34,102 nucleotides of DNA from a bacterium (GTDB taxonomy: Bacteria; Zhuqueibacterota; Zhuqueibacteria; Thermofontimicrobiales; Thermofontimicrobiaceae). The stretch is taken from positions 1 to 34,102 of the forward strand of contig DSAU01000017.1 of the NCBI GenBank assembly GCA_011046315.1, written 5' to 3'. The first letter of the stretch is position 1. Every line of letters starts with the position of its first letter. Below are positions 8,701 to 15,204 of this stretch, piece by piece. Under the pieces are notes generated by a model. That model made no database searches. It was not told the origin of the DNA and was given only the letters and a program-made list of their open reading frames with translations. The translations under genes were made by a program, and so were the position numbers.

Positions 8701-9263
8701 TTCCATTCCGTGTTGCCGTCTTTATCAACAAAATCCGGGGCATCAGGCCAGCCGCCGATAGGCCAGGAAAAGGGATCGTTACTCATGGCTGGAGTTTCGC
8801 TGAGCTCATTAAAATAGCCAAATACCGGGTAAAACCCCCATTCCACAGTCCCTGTCGGGTCTCGATCCATTTCTTCCCGGTAGCTGGTCTGCAGATAATA
8901 GAGCGTATCCAATAGCCCCTGCGCACTCAGCAACTCAATTTCGTACGGATCCGTAACCGGAATGGTATCATTTTTTATATAAACCAGCGCCCCCACAAGC
9001 AATGCCACACCATCCAGCATTTTAACGCCGTCATAAGTATTTGGCCATTTGGACACATCCACCCGAGGCCAATCAGAGAGCTCGGTCGTGTTTTTAAAAT
9101 AGAGGAACACCCGATTACCTGTCATGTATCCCTCTCGAATGGCGGCGATATCGCCCGCGGGATCATCAGGTCCCTCGTATTTCTTCCCCTGTGCCTGTAG
9201 GCTCGACAGGATAATGAATTGAAGAACAACAATCGTAATGAAAAAAGTGAACATTTTTTTCAT
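5772..9263 (-). CDS. 1163-aa secreted protein of unknown function with acidic Ca-binding-type loops, an FN3-like module and a variant T9SS-type C-terminal domain
   Basis: Signal peptide MKKMFTFFITIVVLQFIILSSLQAQG, with GAGG SD upstream. It has an acidic segment with DxDxDG loops (GIDNDGDGLIDERRDND; EDLNGDGIYQ; DADEDQDWQDGED). The FN3-like stretch reads LTATPADGKVILTWDD...FEGYKLFRA...GRTYYYALVAYD. The C-terminal 101 aa read KVVPNPYVG-[TNAMEPAVANFLLNQRRR]-LMFTHIP..IKIFTVSGVLV...GMYVYHVKS..KFAVIK. I found no HExxH, and no His-then-Cys arrangement as in C25/PorU. Confidence 0.6.
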   Translation of the reverse strand: MKKMFTFFITIVVLQFIILSSLQAQGKKYEGPDDPAGDIAAIREGYMTGNRVFLYFKNTTELSDWPRVDVSKWPNTYDGVKMLDGVALLVGALVYIKNDTIPVTDPYEIELLSAQGLLDTLYYLQTSYREEMDRDPTGTVEWGFYPVFGYFNELSETPAMSNDPFSWPIGGWPDAPDFVDKDGNTEWNGRFGKGVMYADLETFFVANDAHDQEYLGPEDRVKYYPRPGRKIGEIRPATIQNGLPWGGIGVRVEQRGFQWNNPQARDALFWEYTIANISDYDLKDVAFGYWVDNAIGDAIAGAGDDDELGYFDTSIDMAYSWDIDGIGQGGFPTGTMGFAYLESPGLGYDGIDNDGDGLIDERRDNDAVMKVGPYDGIADLQKFLDFYRLNEEDLKEHWDADEDQDWQDGEDLNGDGIYQVHEFAGDDVGLDGIGPTELNYPGPDEGECNHKPDRKEGRAEPNFAETDVDESDMVGLTSFQLFPIQPHRPPYYRWFRNDKSMWELIGQHTLMESIEWISNLVMTFASGPFPLYQGRTERISMAELHSYDPLEGLNSPEHSAPALFEVKRIVQVIYEKDYRFAQAPQMPTLTATPADGKVILTWDDVADTRTRDPFLGNINDFEGYKLFRATDKKLMDAEVITDGFGTPFMKKPIFQCDLKNGKFGFTNFGLINGVGYNLGYDTGITHYFIDNNVQNGRTYYYALVAYDYGAPDIGPGIAPSENNIIIELDESEEVRARSKNVQIVTPYQQAAGYIPPSIDQSQEKTFGVGSVTPEILAAKSLKSGHTYKVKFSIDTVYALANYDHGIVYSNNGVQIYDVDLNNILVYEESPSHYAYNNLRYKDTTEFVDWKNYHYFKTDETVNTDIFDGIRLMMDFPVEIASFDPVNSGWVVGNAPIDITPTKKETRFFPWEYDIVFTEDDSAYVGRVTSKTMRDENDVRINRTDILINIPFSFYVVNKLFTDSTGSYERLDMVVHDKKRNGTFDILEDRILVGPVTKDDKWAGTAFIIDFNSASDSTQLPKPGDVYRVTFKRPFWITDSLTFRIEASEQLDVVELKDTMKDIKVVPNPYVGTNAMEPAVANFLLNQRRRLMFTHIPAECMIKIFTVSGVLVDEIEVTNPTDQGIVHWDLTSKEGLEIAAGMYVYHVKSKKTGAEKIGKFAVIK

Positions 9264-9376
9264 ATTAAAACCTCGTCTAAAATAAGCGATTTTTTTTCAG
9301 CCTTTACGGCTCTGGTAAACAGCTATGTAATTTTCCTCTTGGTTGTAAGTTAAAAGGATATTTTGCATGTCGTCAA

Positions 9377-12115
9377 TTAAAAAACAATTCCCAATCCCAA
9401 TTTGACCATTCTTGGCGCTGAATACATCGACGGATTCTGGATTCGATCAATGTACTGATTAAAATTGCTGCGATGGCTGGCTAAATCCGTCGGTCGCATT
9501 ATGGCAGTATAAGCCCGGCCTGTCTGAGCATTGACCCATTCTTCATTCAGTCGATCGAGCAAATTATAAACTGTTAGTGTCAATCGCAATTTTAAATCTT
9601 TCAAAACCGTGAAATTATAATAACTGTTCATATCCACGTTATAGCGAGCGGGTCGCCAGGCATTATTGGGATAGAGGTTAACCCGTGCCAGGATACTTTC
9701 ACTGACCGGCTGCCAGGTGTATGGCGATCCCGAATTGTAATATCCTGTTAGAGTGGTTCCGTATTTGGCGGTATTATAACCAACAGTGACATTCAATGTA
9801 TGTCTCTGGTCCCAGCTCATTGGAATCAGGCGGTTAATGGGATCTAGGTTATTGCCAGCCCGATCAAAAGTCTGGGTGGGATTGTCGGCGTTGCCCCGGG
9901 TATATTGGAGCGTGTAATTGAGAAAGGCAGTGTAATTCTTGTACGCAAAGTCATATTTTAGCTCAAGGCCCTTTACATTGCCATAGTCTTTGTTGCTGTA
10001 AAGTCCATATTTTATCTGGTTAAAGGTGCTCACCACTTTGGCGCTGAGCAGATCGTAGATGTCGCGGTAAAAGACGACCACCTCGATGCCCATTCCTTTC
10101 ATGATTTCCTGCCACAGTCCGATTTCATACTGAACTGTCTTTTGCGCTTTTATTTGTGGATCACCCATGGTTGTTTCATAGCTGGTTGGCGCCACCTGTT
10201 TGGAATGATTCTGGTACATGGCGTACATTGGCGGCATCTGAAAAAAGTGTCCATAGCTGAAATGAAGCAATGCAGTCTTTCTCAATTGATAGGCAAGACC
10301 GAGACGAGGACTGATCTGGTATTTTGGATCCGCCCACATTTTTTTTGACATCTGTTCAGGATTATCGGGAAAACTCAATTGGTTAGCTGGATTTCGACGT
10401 TGTGATGGATAGTAAGTTTTGGGGTGAAAATAATCATATCGAACCCCAAAATTGATGACCATTTCATCGAACTCCATTTTATCTTGTAGATAACCAGAGT
10501 ATTCGATAGGCTTGACATTATAGATATCAGAATAGACTGAAAAATCAGGATAGATCACTGGCTCATAATTTGGAAAAACGAGCTTCATACGCTCAAAATC
10601 AAAATACGACTCTCCCTCGGCCTCGGTGCCTGAGTATTTATTCCTGATCTCTGACCATGCTCGTTTCAGATTGTGATAGGTGTATTCGAATCCTGCTTTG
10701 AGCGAATGATTTTTATTTATCTGCCAGGTGAGATCAAACTTAACATTTCGGTCAATCATGGTATGTTTGCTGTTGACTTTTTCCTGTCCCCCGGTATAAA
10801 ATGCTGGGCCTTCGATATTATGATAAGCATCATGAATATAGCGGGGATCAAGTGGATTTTCGTAAACATACCAGCCGTTGTAATTATCAAGATAAGATAG
10901 TTTTAGCTCATAAAACAACCTGGGCGATAACATGTGGTTAAAGCCAACCATATAAATATCGGTCTGACGATGAGATGCTGGCTTACCATCAGGATTGTAT
11001 TTGTATGCGTGCTCATAGTCATTCCAAATATCTTTGTTATGGTTGTAAAAAAGGGACATTCTAAAATTCGCCTTCGGTTTGAAGGTTAGTTTGCCCATGA
11101 AAGAGACATTTTCATCCCTGTCCAGGGATACATAAGCATTATCGCCATTATGCTCGGAATACCATTGCGTGGAATCATCGTGTAAAAAATAACTATAGTC
11201 ATCAACTTTGAAACGGCGGATTCCATTGAGATGGTTCTTATTATCCTGGTAGCGAAAATTGGTGAAAAAAGTGATGAGATCACCCCATACCGGGCCACTA
11301 AGCTGAAATTTGTAGTCCTGGTTGCGATTCAATTCGCTATCCTTTAACCCGATAAAAATATCTTTATGAGGTGTAAAATAATTGGCTGAATTGACTGAAA
11401 TGGAACCGCTAAACCTTTTCCCCCCATCTTTGGTTACCGCATTGACAATGCCACTCATAGCATTACCATACTCTGCATTGAATGTTCCGGTGATGACTTC
11501 CAGATCCTGAATCGATTCGGGCTCCAAATCAACAGTTCGTCCCTGGCCACCAAACGCTTCGGTAACTTCAATGCCATCGATCAGATAGGCGACTTCGGTG
11601 TTCCTGCCACCACGAAAATGGCCGTTTACAATTCCAGCTTGCAGATTTACAACGGCTGAAACGCTTTCCACCGGTAACATATTGATCTGATCGGAAGATA
11701 CGTTTCGTATCGAGGAAGTTTGATCTTTTTTAATGGTAATTTTCTCTGCTTCGACAACAACTTCCTGTCCTTCCAGCACGGTGGGTTTTAATTTTACGTC
11801 AATATAACTGGTACGATTAACAGAGACATGCAAGTTTTCCATTCGGAGCGCTTCATAGCCAATCATGGTGATTTGAAGCACATATTGACCGGGCGGAATA
11901 TTGATGATGAAAAAATCACCTTCCATACCTGATGCAGCGCCTAAGGTGGTACCTTCGATGACTACATTCGCTCCTGGCAGCGGATCTTTCGTTTCTGCAT
12001 CCGTTATTTTTCCGGCAATTTTGCCAGTCGTTTGCGCATAGACGAAAAGGGGGGTGAATAATAACGATAAAACGAACGGGAAAAACACGATAATTCTAAA
12101 TCTGGTTGTGTTCAT
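9377..12115 (-). CDS. TonB-dependent receptor with N-terminal carboxypeptidase-regulatory-like domain (not obviously SusC-type; no SusD partner)
   Basis: Signal peptide MNTTRFRIIVFFPFVLSLLFTPLFVYA. The CarboxypepD_reg-like domain reads GKIAGKITDAETKDPLPGANVVIEGT..GDFFIINIPPGQYVLQI. A TonB-box-like QEVVVEAEK is followed by a plug (SSIRNVSSDQINMLPVESVSAVVNLQAGIV..AYLIDGIEV). A long barrel ends in ..VKLGLGIVF. I moved the start from TTG 12163 to ATG 12115, which is preceded by AGAGGG 9 nt upstream. Confidence 0.85.
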   Translation of the reverse strand: MNTTRFRIIVFFPFVLSLLFTPLFVYAQTTGKIAGKITDAETKDPLPGANVVIEGTTLGAASGMEGDFFIINIPPGQYVLQITMIGYEALRMENLHVSVNRTSYIDVKLKPTVLEGQEVVVEAEKITIKKDQTSSIRNVSSDQINMLPVESVSAVVNLQAGIVNGHFRGGRNTEVAYLIDGIEVTEAFGGQGRTVDLEPESIQDLEVITGTFNAEYGNAMSGIVNAVTKDGGKRFSGSISVNSANYFTPHKDIFIGLKDSELNRNQDYKFQLSGPVWGDLITFFTNFRYQDNKNHLNGIRRFKVDDYSYFLHDDSTQWYSEHNGDNAYVSLDRDENVSFMGKLTFKPKANFRMSLFYNHNKDIWNDYEHAYKYNPDGKPASHRQTDIYMVGFNHMLSPRLFYELKLSYLDNYNGWYVYENPLDPRYIHDAYHNIEGPAFYTGGQEKVNSKHTMIDRNVKFDLTWQINKNHSLKAGFEYTYHNLKRAWSEIRNKYSGTEAEGESYFDFERMKLVFPNYEPVIYPDFSVYSDIYNVKPIEYSGYLQDKMEFDEMVINFGVRYDYFHPKTYYPSQRRNPANQLSFPDNPEQMSKKMWADPKYQISPRLGLAYQLRKTALLHFSYGHFFQMPPMYAMYQNHSKQVAPTSYETTMGDPQIKAQKTVQYEIGLWQEIMKGMGIEVVVFYRDIYDLLSAKVVSTFNQIKYGLYSNKDYGNVKGLELKYDFAYKNYTAFLNYTLQYTRGNADNPTQTFDRAGNNLDPINRLIPMSWDQRHTLNVTVGYNTAKYGTTLTGYYNSGSPYTWQPVSESILARVNLYPNNAWRPARYNVDMNSYYNFTVLKDLKLRLTLTVYNLLDRLNEEWVNAQTGRAYTAIMRPTDLASHRSNFNQYIDRIQNPSMYSAPRMVKLGLGIVF

Positions 12116-12156
12116 AATTATAATCCCTCTGGACATAATTTTGAAAATAGAACTGC

Positions 12157-12179
12157 AGGACAAGTTAATAACTTGTCCT
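12157..12179. promoter_or_regulatory. 23-bp perfect palindrome AGGACAAGTTA-A-TAACTTGTCCT, 42 nt upstream of the TonB-dependent receptor ATG
   Basis: It has 11-bp perfect arms around a single central base. The plus strand has a T7 run 8 nt after it, and the minus strand is T-rich after it (gcagttctatttt). It could be an operator or a bidirectional terminator-like hairpin. Confidence 0.4.
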
Positions 12180-12202
12180 ACAGTCCGTTTTTTTGATGCA
12201 GG

Positions 12203-12228
12203 AGTGCGGTGCTGTTATACACCGCACT
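12203..12228. other. GC-rich hairpin AGTGCGGTG-N8-CACCGCACT
   Basis: It has a 9-bp perfect stem (6 G:C pairs) and an 8-nt loop, with no U-tract on the sense (minus) strand. Confidence 0.4.
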
Positions 12229-12251
12229 ATGCTTGCAATCCATAAACAGCG

Positions 12252-12410
12252 TGTCCATGAACCTTAAATTTTTTTAGTTTAATGTCTTTGCGAACCGTAA
12301 TTTCCCGAAGCATTCTTCAACATAAGTCACTATAATTAAAGAGATTGCTTCTCCTGCTAAAGCGGGATCGCAATGACATGTATTTTTTATTTTTTATGAG
12401 TTCATGGACA
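12252..12410. mobile_element. 159-bp MITE-like unit with 11-bp perfect terminal inverted repeats (TGTCCATGAAC / GTTCATGGACA) carrying a GTCATTGCGA...GAAGCAATCTC repeat
   Basis: The TIRs are at 12252..12262 and 12400..12410, extendable to about 14/16 matches. The internal repeat is at 12341..12377 (reverse orientation). The unit is non-coding and lies in the 323-bp spacer between the CBM gene and the receptor gene. Confidence 0.4.
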
Positions 12411-12438
12411 GCCTGTAAAGGGATTGTACTCCACTAAA

Positions 12439-14940
12439 TTATTTCATAAAAATCGCCTTCATCGTTCTGGTAAAATCACCAGCTTGGATACGGTAGAAAT
12501 AGATTCCTGATGAGAGTTCTTTAGCATCAAAATGAATCGTATGGCTGCCTTCTTGCTGAAATTCATTGACCAAAGTTTTCATCCGTTGTCCCAGCATATT
12601 GAACAGCTCTATTTTTACCATTCCTGCTTTGGCCAACGTATATTGGATCGTGGTCGACGGATTAAACGGATTGGGATAATTCTGGAAAAGCTCATAAGAA
12701 CCCACCGTCGTAAATTTTTTGCTTTTTTCAACTGAGGTTACATGGGTTGTATCACCAATCCAGGTATAAGCCCATTCAGCAGGATTCTGCCATTGATGAT
12801 CGGTGCTGATTTGTGAGAAACCGAGGTTCCCTTCCCATCCAGCGCCATCATTATCATGTAAATATAGATCTAATGGTATCCGCATACCACGCTCGCGATA
12901 AAATCTAATATCAGTGCCGGCTACCAGAGAATCCAGCGGAATTTTAGCTTCAATTAAATAATCGGAACCGCCCAACGGTTCGAAATGATAATTCTCATGC
13001 TCTGGCGTATAAAGAACACCACCACCAGCGACATCATGCTGGATTCTATCCTCAACAAAGTAAATGATGTGGTCTGGTTCCGATCCCCTTTTTATAGCTG
13101 TATGCTTGGGTCCCCGCTGATCATAAAAACCGATAAAAATCTGGAAAGCATCTTGATCCCACCAATTTCCTTCGCCATAGTGGTAGACATCATCAACGAC
13201 ATCAGCGGCAACATACAGATAATCCTCGTCAATAGCCAGGTAAACGGTGGCTTTAAGGTCGAGACTGTCATTTACAACCCCAACCGGCACATGATCGGTT
13301 TCAGGTTTGAGCACAAAAGGTCTGATACCGCTGGCTTCCCATTCACTCAAGTCACCGTCCACTGCAAAATTTGCTGGTGCATTTAAGGCGATGGTGGGTA
13401 TTCCTTTTGCCGCGTTGGAAACCGCGCCCGATGTTCCTATTGGTCCAACATTTCCTGCCGCATCTTTACAGTTGACGGCATAGTAATATTCCACGTTCTG
13501 ATCTTTCAACGGATAATAGATAAAGTGGGCAACAGCTTGCTCTCCTTCCATGATACCCGTTGCTACGGTTTCTATGTCGGGTGAATCAAGTGTAGTAATA
13601 GGCTTTTCACTGGCATAGATATTATAGACTTCTCCTGCTTCGCCGGGCACATCTTCCCAGATCACCAGGTTATAATATTGACCGGCCACTCCCTGAACAT
13701 TAGTCGGCGCAAGCGGCGCTACAACATCAATCTCCGGATCACCTGTCCACCAATCTGTTATGTAGACAACTTTTCCGGCAACACCAGATCCTTCTGCCAT
13801 CATTCCAATAACGACAACGTTGGCGGGATTAAAGTCCGAGGTGCCATCCTGGTACGGCAATTCACTCAATTTAAAAACATAATCATGCCATTGGTTATCA
13901 GTCGTTGGCGTAAAAGCCTGACCAACTTTAGCAGTACCGTCTTCAAGCTGTACCCTTAAAACTCCAACGCCCTCTTCAGCCTTTAACTTGAATTTGAGTG
14001 TATCAGTTTCCCATTCAAATTCCATATTGTACGGCGGATCAATGGTAAATCCCATCCCGGTCCAACCGTTCCCCCATTCGTCTCCCTGAACCCATTTTAA
14101 GGCATTGGTTCCTTCAATTACACCAGCGCCTTCTTCAACTTCGATGGTCGATTGTCCCCATGCCCATGAGCTGAAGTTGTTGGGGAGCGCTCTTCCGTTG
14201 AAGAAGATGAAATCACGATGCTTTCTACCGACCAGGGTCAAATTGTCGATAATGACGGTTCCGGTAGCATGATCGCCTTGTCCGCCACCGCTGATTGAAA
14301 ATTCAAAAGAAAAACCTTTGATCTTATCGGGATCGAGTTTGACATTACCGCTAATTCCTGCCCAACCCGTCAAGTTGAAAGCCTCGCCGTTCCATGCATT
14401 GGGGTCTTCTATTAATGGTAGTTGAACTTTGTTCCAGCCCGGCTCAGCATCTAAAATATAGTGAAATGAATAGTAATACTCTGATTGAAGGACACTGTAA
14501 GTTTTAGCGCCATCGGGTGAGTCGCTCACATCATGGAGATTGAATCGCAAATGGACTCTGCCAGCGAGCGATTGCGGAACCGAATTATAATACCAAAACG
14601 CAACCGAATCATAAGCTGACCAGTCATAAACTGCGTTTGAATCGGGATGCCAGTGCTCCAGCTTGGTGTATCCGCCCCAGCCTTCAATGTTGTGAGCGCT
14701 ATATTCCAGTTTCATCGCGCCAGTTCCTTCATAAACCGGATCAGTGATATAATCAATTAAAATCCAACCCTTGGCAGAATCAGCATTGTCACTGGTCTGG
14801 TAATGTTGGCCGCCATGATTAGTAAAATAGGACCAATAGTTGGTATCTGCCGGGGCAGAATCAAAATTGTTAATCATCTGTCCCAAAGCGATCGATGTGA
14901 TCGCCACTAAAAAAACGAATGATAGAAACAATCTTTTCAT
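12439..14940 (-). CDS. non-catalytic secreted carbohydrate-binding protein (two CBM11/CIA30-like modules, FN3-like, CBM9-like) with canonical T9SS C-terminal domain
   Basis: Signal peptide MKRLFLSFVFLVAITSIALG, with AAGGAG SD upstream. The N-terminal beta-sandwich-type modules begin NNFDSAPADTNYW..GWGGYTKLEH. The FN3-like stretch reads APTNVQGVAGQYYNLVIWEDVPGE..YYYAVNCKD. The CBM9-like block reads VDGDLSEWEASGIRPFVL...LYVAADVVDD..WWDQDAFQIFIG...DLYLHDNDG. The tail is LFQNYPNPFNPSTTIQYTL..GIYFYRIQAG. No glycosidase catalytic motif was recognised. Confidence 0.65.
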   Translation of the reverse strand: MKRLFLSFVFLVAITSIALGQMINNFDSAPADTNYWSYFTNHGGQHYQTSDNADSAKGWILIDYITDPVYEGTGAMKLEYSAHNIEGWGGYTKLEHWHPDSNAVYDWSAYDSVAFWYYNSVPQSLAGRVHLRFNLHDVSDSPDGAKTYSVLQSEYYYSFHYILDAEPGWNKVQLPLIEDPNAWNGEAFNLTGWAGISGNVKLDPDKIKGFSFEFSISGGGQGDHATGTVIIDNLTLVGRKHRDFIFFNGRALPNNFSSWAWGQSTIEVEEGAGVIEGTNALKWVQGDEWGNGWTGMGFTIDPPYNMEFEWETDTLKFKLKAEEGVGVLRVQLEDGTAKVGQAFTPTTDNQWHDYVFKLSELPYQDGTSDFNPANVVVIGMMAEGSGVAGKVVYITDWWTGDPEIDVVAPLAPTNVQGVAGQYYNLVIWEDVPGEAGEVYNIYASEKPITTLDSPDIETVATGIMEGEQAVAHFIYYPLKDQNVEYYYAVNCKDAAGNVGPIGTSGAVSNAAKGIPTIALNAPANFAVDGDLSEWEASGIRPFVLKPETDHVPVGVVNDSLDLKATVYLAIDEDYLYVAADVVDDVYHYGEGNWWDQDAFQIFIGFYDQRGPKHTAIKRGSEPDHIIYFVEDRIQHDVAGGGVLYTPEHENYHFEPLGGSDYLIEAKIPLDSLVAGTDIRFYRERGMRIPLDLYLHDNDGAGWEGNLGFSQISTDHQWQNPAEWAYTWIGDTTHVTSVEKSKKFTTVGSYELFQNYPNPFNPSTTIQYTLAKAGMVKIELFNMLGQRMKTLVNEFQQEGSHTIHFDAKELSSGIYFYRIQAGDFTRTMKAIFMK

Positions 14941-15092
14941 TACTCGCTCCTTTGATTTAAATTTGGTTAAATAAGTTTGGATAATTAGTACTGCTTCGTC
15001 AGATCTAGCATCGAAATCTCCTTCAAATCACCCCATCTGCTGATTTCTGATAGAAAAAGGAACTTAGTTTTAGTCCCCATTTTTAAAAGAGG

Positions 15093-15182
15093 TCAGGGGG
15101 CGTTGGTTAGCTTGAAAAAAATCGATCTTGTCAACCTGACTCCGCAGCATTTAATAAGTATGTTGAATTTCTTTGGTACCAT
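15093..15182 (-). CDS. 29-codon small ORF with consensus SD; first part of a 65-codon frame (14985..15182) interrupted by one in-frame TGA
   Basis: Minus strand reads AAGGAGGTGAA-ATG(15182) GTA CCA AAG.. = MVPKKFNILIKCCGVRLTRSIFFKLTNAP-TGA(15095..15093). The same frame continues PLLKMGTKTKFLFLSEISRWGDLKEIS and then reaches a second SD+ATG (AAGGAGATTTCG-ATG at 15011), giving MLDLTKQY-TAA (14985). No homolog was recognised. Confidence 0.3.
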   Translation of the reverse strand: MVPKKFNILIKCCGVRLTRSIFFKLTNAP

Positions 15183-15204
15183 TTCACCTCCTTTCAAAGT
15201 TAAT

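Noticed and set aside
8303-8915. Plus-strand ORFs 8303..8680 (Arg/His/Pro-rich) and 8490..8915 antisense to the giant gene
   Set aside because: They are typical antisense shadow ORFs of a locally GC-richer coding region. They have biased low-complexity composition, no RBS and no promoter. Every supported gene in the window is on the minus strand.
5772-9263. Giant protein as PorU (the T9SS sortase normally encoded next to porV)
   Set aside because: Size and neighbourhood fit PorU. However, I found no C25-type catalytic His...Cys pair. There are only three Cys (GECNH, FQCDL, AECMI), and none lies in a GHG...C context in the right order. An HMM search is still needed to exclude it formally.
12116-12163. 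N-terminal extensions offered by the track (TTG 12163 for the receptor, TTG 4453 for GH9, GTG 23723 for GH5)
   Set aside because: The extensions add non-signal-peptide residues ahead of a good Met + basic + hydrophobic signal peptide. For the receptor, the downstream ATG has its own AGAGGG SD; the GH9 and GH5 ATGs have only weak purine-rich stretches upstream. The 12163 extension would also have to be translated through the 23-bp palindrome.
12157-12197. Palindrome + T7 run as an intrinsic terminator for a plus-strand transcript
   Set aside because: The T-run starts 8 nt after the stem rather than adjacent to it. There is also no plus-strand gene or promoter upstream that would need terminating.
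12665-12684. 20-nt exact repeat AACGGATTGGGATAATTCTG (also at 21925..21944; near-copy around 2621..2640)
   Set aside because: It is explained by the conserved NYPNPF motif of the T9SS C-terminal domains of the CBM protein, GH5 and GH9, so it is not an independent element. It could still act as a recombination substrate.
15093-15095. In-frame TGA as selenocysteine or alternative genetic code
   Set aside because: GH9 terminates with TGA, so TGA is a normal stop here. No CxxU-type redox context is present (NAP-TGA-PLL). I saw no obvious SECIS-like hairpin immediately downstream.
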